Position numbers and translations under genes: made by a program. Positions 9,188 through 17,433 of a stretch of 64,000 bases of DNA are shown in pieces; position 1 is the first letter of the stretch, and every line of letters begins with the position of its first letter. A model generated the notes under the pieces. That model was not told where the DNA came from, made no database searches, and worked only from the letters and a program-made list of their open reading frames with translations. The stretch is from Dehalococcoidia bacterium (GTDB taxonomy: Bacteria; Chloroflexota; Dehalococcoidia; E44-bin15): NCBI GenBank assembly GCA_041653935.1, contig JBAZEO010000001.1:618268-682267 (forward strand), in the 5' to 3' direction.

Positions 9188-9703
9188 CTAAATGAAACGC
9201 TCGAATCGTTCCTTCTTGGCCTTGCATATGGGGCAAACATCAGGAGGAGACTCCCTGGCGCACAGGTAGCCGCAGACCGAGCACCTCCACACCGGATGAG
9301 AAAGCGATGATATATTGCTGGTCGGCTTTTTGGCCTTCGCCCTTTTTTTTCTTTTGTCGGCGGGCAGCCGCCGCTCCGGTATGGCACCGGCCTGCTTCCG
9401 TCCATCGACCACTGTCTGCGAAACATAAAGGCCGCAGTAACATGCATCGTACTCACTCACATCGGCATCGCGGTAATCGCAAGGGCAGATAATATCGATA
9501 TCTTCCTTTTTATCTCCGGAAGACAATCGACATGGGCAGGACTGGTATCCATACCTCTTCTCATTCGTAAGCAAGCCCTTCGCGAGTTCCCTGGCGAACT
9601 CCGCATCGGGGTTCAGGTGGTATCCGCCAGTCTCAGCTTCCCGCTTCAGCTTCTCGTAGAACCGATTAACCTCGTCCGCGCTTATAGATGCCTCGCCGAT
9701 CAT
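9188..9703 (-). CDS. Ferredoxin:thioredoxin reductase catalytic-subunit-like domain fused to a C-terminal rubredoxin-type domain
   Basis: FTR-type Cys pattern CPC...CPC...CYC, then a Lys-rich linker, then WRCSVCGY...[11 protein letters not shown] (CxxC...CxxC rubredoxin knuckles). Confidence 0.8.
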   Translation of the reverse strand: MIGEASISADEVNRFYEKLKREAETGGYHLNPDAEFARELAKGLLTNEKRYGYQSCPCRLSSGDKKEDIDIICPCDYRDADVSEYDACYCGLYVSQTVVDGRKQAGAIPERRLPADKRKKRAKAKKPTSNISSLSHPVWRCSVCGYLCARESPPDVCPICKAKKERFERFI

Positions 9704-9981
9704 ACCTTCAATTCTTTCCGGATCTCATCCTCTTTGAAGCCGACGATACACTTAGTGTCATTTATCACCATTGTCGGGAAAGAACAGGCGGGATTCCATT
9801 TCTTCACTGTCTCCATCGCCTGCTGCTTTTCGACCTCCTGCAGAAGATCGACGTCTTCGAAATAATATTCCACACCAAGGTCATCCAGCAGCTTCTTGGT
9901 CTTCTTGCACCAGGGACAGGTGCTCAGCGCGTATATAACTACGTGGCCGGCGTTCTTGCCGCCAACATGTTTTAAGCCCAT
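9700..9981 (-). CDS. Glutaredoxin/NrdH-like small thiol-disulfide oxidoreductase
   Basis: [19 protein letters not shown] (CPWC active site). AGGAGG RBS before ATG 9981 (track start 10011 less likely). ATGA overlap with the downstream FTR-like gene. Confidence 0.8.
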   Translation of the reverse strand: MGLKHVGGKNAGHVVIYALSTCPWCKKTKKLLDDLGVEYYFEDVDLLQEVEKQQAMETVKKWNPACSFPTMVINDTKCIVGFKEDEIRKELKV

Positions 9982-10032
9982 TTTCAGCCTCCTGATAAGA
10001 TACCTTGTCAAGCGCCCGCAAGCGATCAGGTT

Positions 10033-10224
10033 CTACTTCTTCACAGGTTTCTTAGCGGGCTTCTTTGCGCACTTGGCACCAGCTGCACTCTTGGAACCCT
10101 TGCCAAGCATTCCATATTTATTGGTGCATACAATCTTGTCGCCGCACATGGGGCAGAACTTCCAGTCAGACCTGATCTCATACCCGCACTTCTTACATAT
10201 GACTATCGCTGCAACTACCGGCAT
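10033..10224 (-). CDS. Zinc-ribbon protein with Lys-rich tail
   Basis: 63 aa. CKKCG...CPMCG zinc ribbon, C-terminal KKPAKKPVKK, strong AGGAGG RBS. Confidence 0.65.
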   Translation of the reverse strand: MPVVAAIVICKKCGYEIRSDWKFCPMCGDKIVCTNKYGMLGKGSKSAAGAKCAKKPAKKPVKK

Positions 10225-10348
10225 GGTATACCTCCTGAGCTTTCTAATATTATGTATAGAGATTATGCCTTATGCCAAGAAGAAGTCAAGTATCCATCTA
10301 TGATTAAATCGGATATTATATTATCGACATTATTCTATTGGAAGAGCT

Positions 10349-10762
10349 ATGAATCGAAAACTCAAAGCACAACTGATCGCGCCGTGCGGCATGAACTGCG
10401 GTATTTGCATGGCTTATTTGAGAGACAAAAATAGATGCCCCGGCTGCCGCGGGGACGATGCACACAAGATGCCTTCTTGCCTTCGATGCAGTATTAAAAA
10501 CTGTGAGACGATAGCAAAGAGCAAGTCGAAATTCTGTTTTGAATGCGAAAAACACTGCGCTCGATTGAAACAACTGGACAAACGGTATCGAACAAAATAC
10601 AACATGAGCATGATCGAGAACCTGGAGTTCATAAAGAACAACGGAGTCGACGCCTTCATCGCGCAGCAGGAAGCTAAATACAAATGTCCACAATGCGGCG
10701 GCGTCATCTGCGTTCACCGCAAAAAGTGCTTCGCTTGTAATTACATCGAAAGCAGCGAGTAG
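10349..10762 (+). CDS. DUF3795-like Cys-rich protein
   Basis: 137 aa. APCGMNCGICMAY...CPGCR...CSIKNC...CFECE...CPQCGG pattern typical of DUF3795. Confidence 0.65.
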   Translation: MNRKLKAQLIAPCGMNCGICMAYLRDKNRCPGCRGDDAHKMPSCLRCSIKNCETIAKSKSKFCFECEKHCARLKQLDKRYRTKYNMSMIENLEFIKNNGVDAFIAQQEAKYKCPQCGGVICVHRKKCFACNYIESSE

Positions 10763-10905
10763 GGGCAGGTCTCCGTGCCTGCCCTTTCGTGGGCAACCAC
10801 AGGGGGTTGCCCCTACGGGAATCGCATGATAGGAACGAGATTCTTCATCGTTATTAATAGGATTCAGAATGACAGACAGGTTGCCCCACCCCCGATACAG
10901 ATGTT
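10763..10905. repeat. Cluster of short hairpin-forming palindromes (REP-like) upstream of acsB
   Basis: GGGCAGG..CCTGCCC, GGGCAACC..GGTTGCCC and ATTCT..AGAATGAC units. Shares GAATCGC, GAATGAC and GGAGAC..CCCCTGCC words with the 17240-17430 cluster. Confidence 0.55.
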
Positions 10906-10941
10906 AAACTATACACCTAGCCCCCGGAATTCGCAGGAGGA

Positions 10942-13179
10942 ATGATGTCTCAAACTGTAGCCAGACTGGCTATAAACGGCGCCCGCAAAATCGTAACCAA
11001 AGCTAGCGCGATGCTGAAAAGCGCTATAGACGAACACGGTCAGGACGCAGCCGTGATGTTTTACGACCGGGACGGCGCCGGGACAACCTATCACCTCCCT
11101 GTGATCTACGCCTTCACCGGCCACAAGATAGAGAAGCTCGGCGACATGCGTAAAACGCTGGAATACGCCAGGAGCCTGCTGCGAAGCATCGAACCCGAGC
11201 CGCACGTACCGAGCCTTGAAGATGCCGTTCATGCCGGATTGGCCACGCTGTTCGCCGAGGAGCTGATCAAAGGCATTGAGTTCGTCGAGGGGAAGCAGAC
11301 GGAGGTACGCGATGGCTTTAAATATAACGGCCCCATAAGCGATGTGCAGACCCGCGCCTGGGGCGTGAAGATGGTGGACGGCAGCATGCCCGGCTTTGCC
11401 GCCATCATCGGCGCCGCAAAAAACAACGAGGTGGCAGTCAAGATCGTGCGCGAGCTGCAGTCGCGCGGCCAGCTCGTTTTCCTGTCGTCGACTTCCAATG
11501 AAAGATCGATTGTCGATCAGCTCCGGGAGGAAGGCGTCGAGCTGGGGTACAACACATATACAGTGCCTCTGGGCAGCGATACCGAGTCCACGATATACGC
11601 TGTGGGCTACGCCGCCCGTGCGGCAATGGGCTTCGGCAACATAGCGGCGGGAAACTCCAGCGACATACTGACATACAACAAGAACCGCTGCCTGGCCTAC
11701 GTTCTCTGTCTTGGCCCCCTGGACGAGATCAAGGTAGCGACAGGCGCCGGCGCCCTGGCCTTCGGCTTCCCCATAATTTGCGACACCGCCGTGCCGCATG
11801 CCCTGCCGGCAGGCCTTACTACAAGTGAACACCTCATCAGCATGCCTTTCGACGACATACCTGGCAAGGACGACCTGGAGCGCGCCGTGCGGCTGGTGCA
11901 GCGCTGCATCGAGGCGCGCGGCATCAAGATCAAGATAGCCGAAGTGCCGATACCCGTCTCCTTCGGGCCGGCGTTCGAGGGCGAGATAGTGCGCCGCGCC
12001 GATATGCAATGCGAATGGGGCGGCAAAGGTGCCGCGGGCATGGAATGGCTCAGGATGAAGAGCGCCGACGAGGTGCAGGACGGCAAGATAGAGGTGATCG
12101 GCCCCGATGTTGCCGACTGTCAGGAAGGCTCAACTGTGCCGATAGCGATCATCGTAGACGTCGCCGGCCGCAAGATGCAGAAGGATTTCGAGCCTGTGCT
12201 GGAGCGCCAGCTGCATAATTTCATCAACTGCGCCGAGGGCGTGCAGCACATAGGCCAGCGCGATATCGTCTGGATACGCATCAGTAAGAACGCCTTCAAA
12301 AAGGGCTTCAGGATGAAACACTTTGGCGAGATAATACACGCCAGCCTGCACAACGACTTCGATATCATCGTAGATAAGGTACAGGTGACGATCTACACAA
12401 AGAAGGACGATATCGATAAACTGCTGCCGCAGGCGCGCGAGGTGTACCGCGAGCGTGACAAGCGTCTGGCCGGCCTGACCGACGAGGCTGTCGACACATA
12501 TTATAGCTGTACATTATGTCAATCATTTGCGCCGAACCACGTGTGTATCATACCGCCGGAGCGCACCGGCCTGTGCGGCGCCTACTCCTGGCTTGACTGC
12601 CGCGCCGCGTGCGAGATCAATCCCACCGGCCCTAACCAGCCCGTGCCCAAGGGCAATACAATCGATCAGGCCAAAGGCGAATGGCAAGGCGTCAACAGCT
12701 TCGTATACGACCATTCCAACAGGACCGTCGACCGCTTCACCTTCTACTCGCTGATGGACTCGCCCATGACCACCTGCGGCTGCTGCGAGGCCGTCACTAT
12801 AATCATACCTGAGGCTAACGGCGTTATGGTGGTATCGCGCGACGACTTCAGCATGACGCCCAGCGGCATGACCTTCACCACGCTCATGGCCAACGTAGGC
12901 GGGGGACAGCAGACGCCGGGGATGATGGGACACAGCAAGCGCTGGACTACCAGCCCCAAGTACATCCCGTTCGAGGGCGGGCTCAAACGGGTGGTGTGGC
13001 TGTCAAAGAATATCAAAGAGGAGTTCGCGGATGAACTCAAAGCCGCCTGCGAACGGCTGGGCGCGCCTGACCTGATGGACAAGATCGCTGACGGCGACAG
13101 CGTCACCACGCTGGAGGAGCTTCTGCCCTACCTGGAGCAGAAGTGCCATCCCGCGCTGACGATGGAGCCACTGATGTAA
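10942..13179 (+). CDS. acsB: Acetyl-CoA synthase catalytic subunit (A-cluster protein, AcsB/CdhC type)
   Basis: 745 aa. CTLCQSFAPNHVCIIPPERTGLCGA (4Fe-4S part of the A-cluster) and TTCGCCE (Cys-Gly-Cys Ni site). GGAGGA RBS. Confidence 0.93.
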   Translation: MMSQTVARLAINGARKIVTKASAMLKSAIDEHGQDAAVMFYDRDGAGTTYHLPVIYAFTGHKIEKLGDMRKTLEYARSLLRSIEPEPHVPSLEDAVHAGLATLFAEELIKGIEFVEGKQTEVRDGFKYNGPISDVQTRAWGVKMVDGSMPGFAAIIGAAKNNEVAVKIVRELQSRGQLVFLSSTSNERSIVDQLREEGVELGYNTYTVPLGSDTESTIYAVGYAARAAMGFGNIAAGNSSDILTYNKNRCLAYVLCLGPLDEIKVATGAGALAFGFPIICDTAVPHALPAGLTTSEHLISMPFDDIPGKDDLERAVRLVQRCIEARGIKIKIAEVPIPVSFGPAFEGEIVRRADMQCEWGGKGAAGMEWLRMKSADEVQDGKIEVIGPDVADCQEGSTVPIAIIVDVAGRKMQKDFEPVLERQLHNFINCAEGVQHIGQRDIVWIRISKNAFKKGFRMKHFGEIIHASLHNDFDIIVDKVQVTIYTKKDDIDKLLPQAREVYRERDKRLAGLTDEAVDTYYSCTLCQSFAPNHVCIIPPERTGLCGAYSWLDCRAACEINPTGPNQPVPKGNTIDQAKGEWQGVNSFVYDHSNRTVDRFTFYSLMDSPMTTCGCCEAVTIIIPEANGVMVVSRDDFSMTPSGMTFTTLMANVGGGQQTPGMMGHSKRWTTSPKYIPFEGGLKRVVWLSKNIKEEFADELKAACERLGAPDLMDKIADGDSVTTLEELLPYLEQKCHPALTMEPLM

Positions 13180-13242
13180 ATGCGCCCCCGATATATTAGA
13201 ATTGTTTTATCCTTCATCTTATAACCGTAAAGGAGAAGATAC

Positions 13243-14196
13243 ATGTCGGCAGTGCAGATACCAGTTGAGAAATGGACCGGCAAGGTGCACCAGGTCACGC
13301 TCGGCGGCCAGGGCAGTCGCAAGGCCGTAACCGTCGGCGGCGAGAACACCCTGCCTTTCCTGAAATTCGAAGGCGGCATGCCGCACAGGCCGACGCTTGC
13401 AATCGAGATTCTTGACTGCAAGCCGGAAGACTGGTCTCCGCACCTGATATCAGCATGGGGCACAGTAACATCCGACACAGCGAAATGGGCAAAGAAGGCC
13501 GTGGAATTCGGCGCCGATATGATAGCACTAAGATTGCGCAGCGCGCACCCGGAGGCAGCCGACACCGGCGCCGCAGCAGCGAAGAAGAGCGTCGACGCAG
13601 TTCTCTCTGCTGTCGATGTCCCGGTCATCGTGCTGGGCCCAGGGGTAGCTGAAAAAGACGTTGAGGTGCTGAGGGCGGCTTCGGATACAGCCAGAGGGCA
13701 GCGGGTGGCGCTGGGCAACTGCGAGGAGAAAAACTACCGCACCATAGCCGCAAGCTGCATAGCCGACGGGCATGTGGCAATCGGGCACTCGCCGCTCGAT
13801 ATCAACCTGGCGAAACAGCTCAACATCCTGCTGCACGATGTAGGCCTCCCCATCGATTCGATACTGATGGACCCCGACGTCGGCGCGCTGGGCTATGGCT
13901 TAGAGTATTCCTATTCGGTCATGGAGCGTTTGAGGATAGCCGCGCTCGGCGGGGACAAGATGGCCGCCATGCCCATGATCTGTAACGTGGGCACGGAGTC
14001 CTGGCGCCAGAAGGAAGCAAAGGTAATAGAAAACGTTCCCGAGGGTTGGGGCGATAACGAGCGGCGCGCTATCATGTGGGAGGAGATAACAGCAATAGCG
14101 ATGCTGAACGCAGGGGCCGATATCATCACGCTGCGGCATCCGCAAACCGTAGAAGTTATAAAGAAAACGATCGATAAACTGATGGGCGCTCGATAG
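13243..14196 (+). CDS. acsD: Corrinoid iron-sulfur protein small subunit
   Basis: 317 aa TIM-barrel-type CFeSP small subunit, placed between acsB and acsC. AGGAGA RBS. Confidence 0.85.
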   Translation: MSAVQIPVEKWTGKVHQVTLGGQGSRKAVTVGGENTLPFLKFEGGMPHRPTLAIEILDCKPEDWSPHLISAWGTVTSDTAKWAKKAVEFGADMIALRLRSAHPEAADTGAAAAKKSVDAVLSAVDVPVIVLGPGVAEKDVEVLRAASDTARGQRVALGNCEEKNYRTIAASCIADGHVAIGHSPLDINLAKQLNILLHDVGLPIDSILMDPDVGALGYGLEYSYSVMERLRIAALGGDKMAAMPMICNVGTESWRQKEAKVIENVPEGWGDNERRAIMWEEITAIAMLNAGADIITLRHPQTVEVIKKTIDKLMGAR

Positions 14197-14208
14197 GAGG
14201 AGCTGTAA

Positions 14209-15537
14209 ATGGCACTCACAGGTGTTCAAATATACAAATTCCTGCCGAAAACAAACTGCAAGGACTGCGGCTTCCCCACCTGCCTGTCCTTCGCCATGAA
14301 GCTGGCCAGCAAGTCCGTCGAGCTCTCGCTGTGTCCTCACGTCTCCGAAGAGAGCAAAAACCAGTTAGCGACCGCCTCGAGGCCGCCGATAAGACTGGTC
14401 ACGATCGGTTCAAACGAACGCAAGGTTGAGATCGGCAACGAGACAGTGATGTTCCGACATGAGAAGACGTTTTTCCACCAGACGGGGCTATTTATACGCA
14501 TCAAAGACACCGAACCCATCGACAAGGCTGCAAAGCTGGCCGGCGATATTTCGAACTACAGCGTAGAGCGTGTGGGCAAGATATTCAAGCTCGACGGCAT
14601 CGCCATCGAGAACGCGTCCGGTAATGCGGACACGTTCGTTAAAATCGTCGACGCGGTAAAGACTAAATCGAACCTGCCGGTGATTCTTATGTCAACAAAT
14701 ACTCCAGCAATAGCTAAAGCGCTGGAGGTAACCGCCGGCGCAAGGCCGCTGATATACGCCGCGAATAAGGACAATTACAAAGAGCTGGCAGAGCTGGCCA
14801 AGAAGCACTTCTGCCCTATCGCCATATACGAACCAGGCGGGATCGACGCGCTTGCCGGGCTTTCGCAGAAGATGATGGATTCCGGGGTTGAGGATATAGT
14901 GCTCGACCCGGGAGCACGCGACTTCGGCGCATCGCTGACAGCTTTGACCCAGATTCGCAGGACCGCCATCAAGGCCAGCTACCAGCCGCTTGGCTTCCCC
15001 CTCATAGCCTTCCCCGGTGAAGAAGTATTGCTTGCGGCGCAACAGATCGCAAAATACGCATCGATTGTTGTGCTCGACCATTTCGACCCTGCGATAGTAT
15101 ATTCATTGATCACACTGCGTCTGAATATCTATACCGATCCGCAGAAGCCGATACAAATGGCCCCCGGCATCTACCAGATCGGACAACCGGACCGCGGCAG
15201 CCCGCTGGGGGTCACCACAAACTTCTCGCTGACATACTTCTCCGTCGCCGGCGAGTTCGAGGCCGCCGGCTATCCATCGTGGCTCCTGGTATGCGAAACG
15301 GAAGGACTCTCCGTACTTACCGCCTGGGCCGCGGGCAAGTTCGACGCCGTAAAGATCGGCCGTGCCGTCAAGGCATCCGGCATTGCCGACAAGATAGGAC
15401 ACAAGAAGCTTATCATTCCGGGCGGCGTAGCCATCATCAAAGGCGAGCTCGAGGATGAGCTGCCCGGCTGGACGATAATGGTGGGCCCGCGCGACGCCGC
15501 GGATATCGGCGGCTACCTGAAGCGCAACTGGAAATAG
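14209..15537 (+). CDS. acsC: Corrinoid iron-sulfur protein large subunit
   Basis: 442 aa. N-terminal CKDCGFPTCLSFAMKLA...LSLCP 4Fe-4S motif (Cx2Cx4Cx16C) and a C-terminal corrinoid-binding domain. Confidence 0.9.
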   Translation: MALTGVQIYKFLPKTNCKDCGFPTCLSFAMKLASKSVELSLCPHVSEESKNQLATASRPPIRLVTIGSNERKVEIGNETVMFRHEKTFFHQTGLFIRIKDTEPIDKAAKLAGDISNYSVERVGKIFKLDGIAIENASGNADTFVKIVDAVKTKSNLPVILMSTNTPAIAKALEVTAGARPLIYAANKDNYKELAELAKKHFCPIAIYEPGGIDALAGLSQKMMDSGVEDIVLDPGARDFGASLTALTQIRRTAIKASYQPLGFPLIAFPGEEVLLAAQQIAKYASIVVLDHFDPAIVYSLITLRLNIYTDPQKPIQMAPGIYQIGQPDRGSPLGVTTNFSLTYFSVAGEFEAAGYPSWLLVCETEGLSVLTAWAAGKFDAVKIGRAVKASGIADKIGHKKLIIPGGVAIIKGELEDELPGWTIMVGPRDAADIGGYLKRNWK

Positions 15538-15542
15538 AGCTG

Positions 15543-16307
15543 ATGACAACGACCATCGCCATAGCGGGAAAGGGCGGCACCGGCAAGACATCCATCGCTG
15601 CTCTGCTCATCAAACTGCTGTCCGAGCAAGGTACGGTACTGGCCATCGACGGCGACCCGAGCTCGAATCTGAATATGGCGCTGGGCCTGCCTTTAGAAGA
15701 AACGATCGGCAGTATACGCGAGGGCATGCTCGACCGCAAGACCGTAGAGCGCACCGGCATACCGAAGCCGGATTATCTGGAACTCAAGGTGCGGGAAGCG
15801 CTGGTCGAATCCAAGGGGATCGACCTGCTGGCGATGGGGCGCCCGGAGGGGCCGGGGTGCTACTGCGCCGCCAACAACTGGCTGCGAAACAGCATCGACC
15901 GGCTGGCAAGCCACTACGACTATGTTGTGATCGATAACGAAGCCGGGATGGAACATATAAGCCGCCAGACGACACGCGATGTGGATATCCTGCTGATAAT
16001 CTCCGACCCTTCCATCAGAGGAATCACAGCCGCGGCGCGAACGAAAGACCTCATCGGCGAGATGCGCAGCCGTGTCGGCAGGATAGGCCTCGTGGTCAAC
16101 AGGGTTCGAGATGGAATCCCATCACCGATCAGACAGGCGGTCGACACAGCGGGGCTCGATCTCATCGCCGCTATCCCGGAGGACCCTTACGTGCTCGATC
16201 TGGAGGTAATCGGCAAACCCTTAACCAATCTGCCCGACGGCTCGCTGCTACGCCGGGGCGTTGCAGAAATGGCCGCCAGGCTCGATTTAGTCTCGGTCAA
16301 AGGATAA
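15543..16307 (+). CDS. cooC: CooC/AcsF-type nickel-insertion ATPase
   Basis: Deviant Walker A AGKGGTGKTS, GPGCYCAAN (CxC metal site), MinD/ParA fold. Confidence 0.88.
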   Translation: MTTTIAIAGKGGTGKTSIAALLIKLLSEQGTVLAIDGDPSSNLNMALGLPLEETIGSIREGMLDRKTVERTGIPKPDYLELKVREALVESKGIDLLAMGRPEGPGCYCAANNWLRNSIDRLASHYDYVVIDNEAGMEHISRQTTRDVDILLIISDPSIRGITAAARTKDLIGEMRSRVGRIGLVVNRVRDGIPSPIRQAVDTAGLDLIAAIPEDPYVLDLEVIGKPLTNLPDGSLLRRGVAEMAARLDLVSVKG

Positions 16308-16312
16308 GAACG

Positions 16313-17236
16313 ATGTTCATACCGATCGGCGAATGCATTCATATCATCAATAAAGAGGTCAGAGCCGCCATCGAGACGCGCGATAAAGCCTTCATCCAGA
16401 ACCTGGCCAGGAAGCAGGTGGATTGCGGAGCTAAGATGCTCGATCTCAACATCGGGCCGCAGAAGAAGGCCGGCCCTGAGGTCATGGACTGGATAGTCAA
16501 CGCCGTTCAGGAGGTGGTTGACGTACCGCTCTCGCTGGATACGACTAACGCGGAGGCCATCGAAGCCGGGCTCAAGGTCTGCAAACGCAAGCCGATCATC
16601 AACAGCACAAATGCCGATCCCAAACGTATGAGCATACTATTCCCACTGGCTGCGAATTACGACGTCGGCATCATCGCGCTGACGCTACGCGCCACGGGAT
16701 TGCCGTTGAGCGCCGATGCCCGCGCACAGATACTCGTCGAGGACCTGATGCCCGCCGCCGAGGCTGCCGGCCTGCCCATGCAGAATATATATGTCGACCC
16801 GCTGGTGATGACGGTGAACGGCACGCAGGAGCACGCCCCAGAGGTGCTGCAGACAACGCTGGTGGTAAAGTCGATCATGGACCCGCCGCTGCATATGACC
16901 TGCGGGCTCTCCAATGTCTCCAACGGCGCCCCCGGCGATGTGAGAAGGGTGCTAAACCGCGTTTACCTGGTAATGCTCATGGGCGCCGGCATGGACACCG
17001 CCATACTTGACCCGTGTGACAGAGAGTTGATGGAAATAATCAGGATTCTGGAGAACCGCGACGACTCTACGCCCATAGGTAAAGCATACTTAGCTCTATA
17101 TGATGCCTGCGCCGCGGGCGGGGAATTCGATACGTCACTTGTCGACATGAGCGACGCCAAGCAAGCTGAACTGGCCAAAACCATCGCCATACTGAAGAAT
17201 AAGACTATCTACGCCCACAACTATCTGCAGCTATAA
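16313..17236 (+). CDS. acsE: Methyltetrahydrofolate:corrinoid/Fe-S protein methyltransferase (pterin-binding, AcsE-like)
   Basis: 307 aa pterin-binding barrel (LDLNIGP, SLDTTN, INSTN, GLSNVS motifs) in the terminal position of the acs cluster. Confidence 0.8.
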   Translation: MFIPIGECIHIINKEVRAAIETRDKAFIQNLARKQVDCGAKMLDLNIGPQKKAGPEVMDWIVNAVQEVVDVPLSLDTTNAEAIEAGLKVCKRKPIINSTNADPKRMSILFPLAANYDVGIIALTLRATGLPLSADARAQILVEDLMPAAEAAGLPMQNIYVDPLVMTVNGTQEHAPEVLQTTLVVKSIMDPPLHMTCGLSNVSNGAPGDVRRVLNRVYLVMLMGAGMDTAILDPCDRELMEIIRILENRDDSTPIGKAYLALYDACAAGGEFDTSLVDMSDAKQAELAKTIAILKNKTIYAHNYLQL

Positions 17237-17239
17237 CCA

Positions 17240-17430
17240 CGCACCATACCCGTCCCTGTAGGGACGATTCATGAATCGCCCGCATCTTGGATTCCGGCCT
17301 GCGCCGGAATGACGGTGAAGTCGCAAAGAGGTGCAGGAGACTCATCTCCCCTGCCAGGGTTTTAGGGGTGTCCCCTATCTTTTTTAGATTCCCCCAAGAG
17401 TGGGGGATACAGGGGGTTGATTCAGCTTCG
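17240..17430. repeat. Cluster of nested perfect palindromes (REP-like) between acsE and mutL
   Basis: CGTCCCTGTAGGGACG (17251-17266), GATTCATGAATC (17267-17278), ATTCCGGCCTGCGCCGGAAT (17291-17310), AGGGGTGTCCCCT plus T-run (17364-17385), TCCCCCAAGAGTGGGGGA (about 17389-17407). Confidence 0.65.
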
Positions 17431-17433
17431 CAG

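Noticed and set aside
10909-12009. 366-aa ORF antisense to acsB, plus many other 70-130-aa ORFs in 11.2-16.9 kb
   Set aside because: It lies entirely opposite a gene with unmistakable ACS motifs. The product is Ala/Gly/Arg/His-rich and of low complexity, as expected from stop-codon depletion on the antisense strand of about 65 percent GC DNA. There is no RBS.
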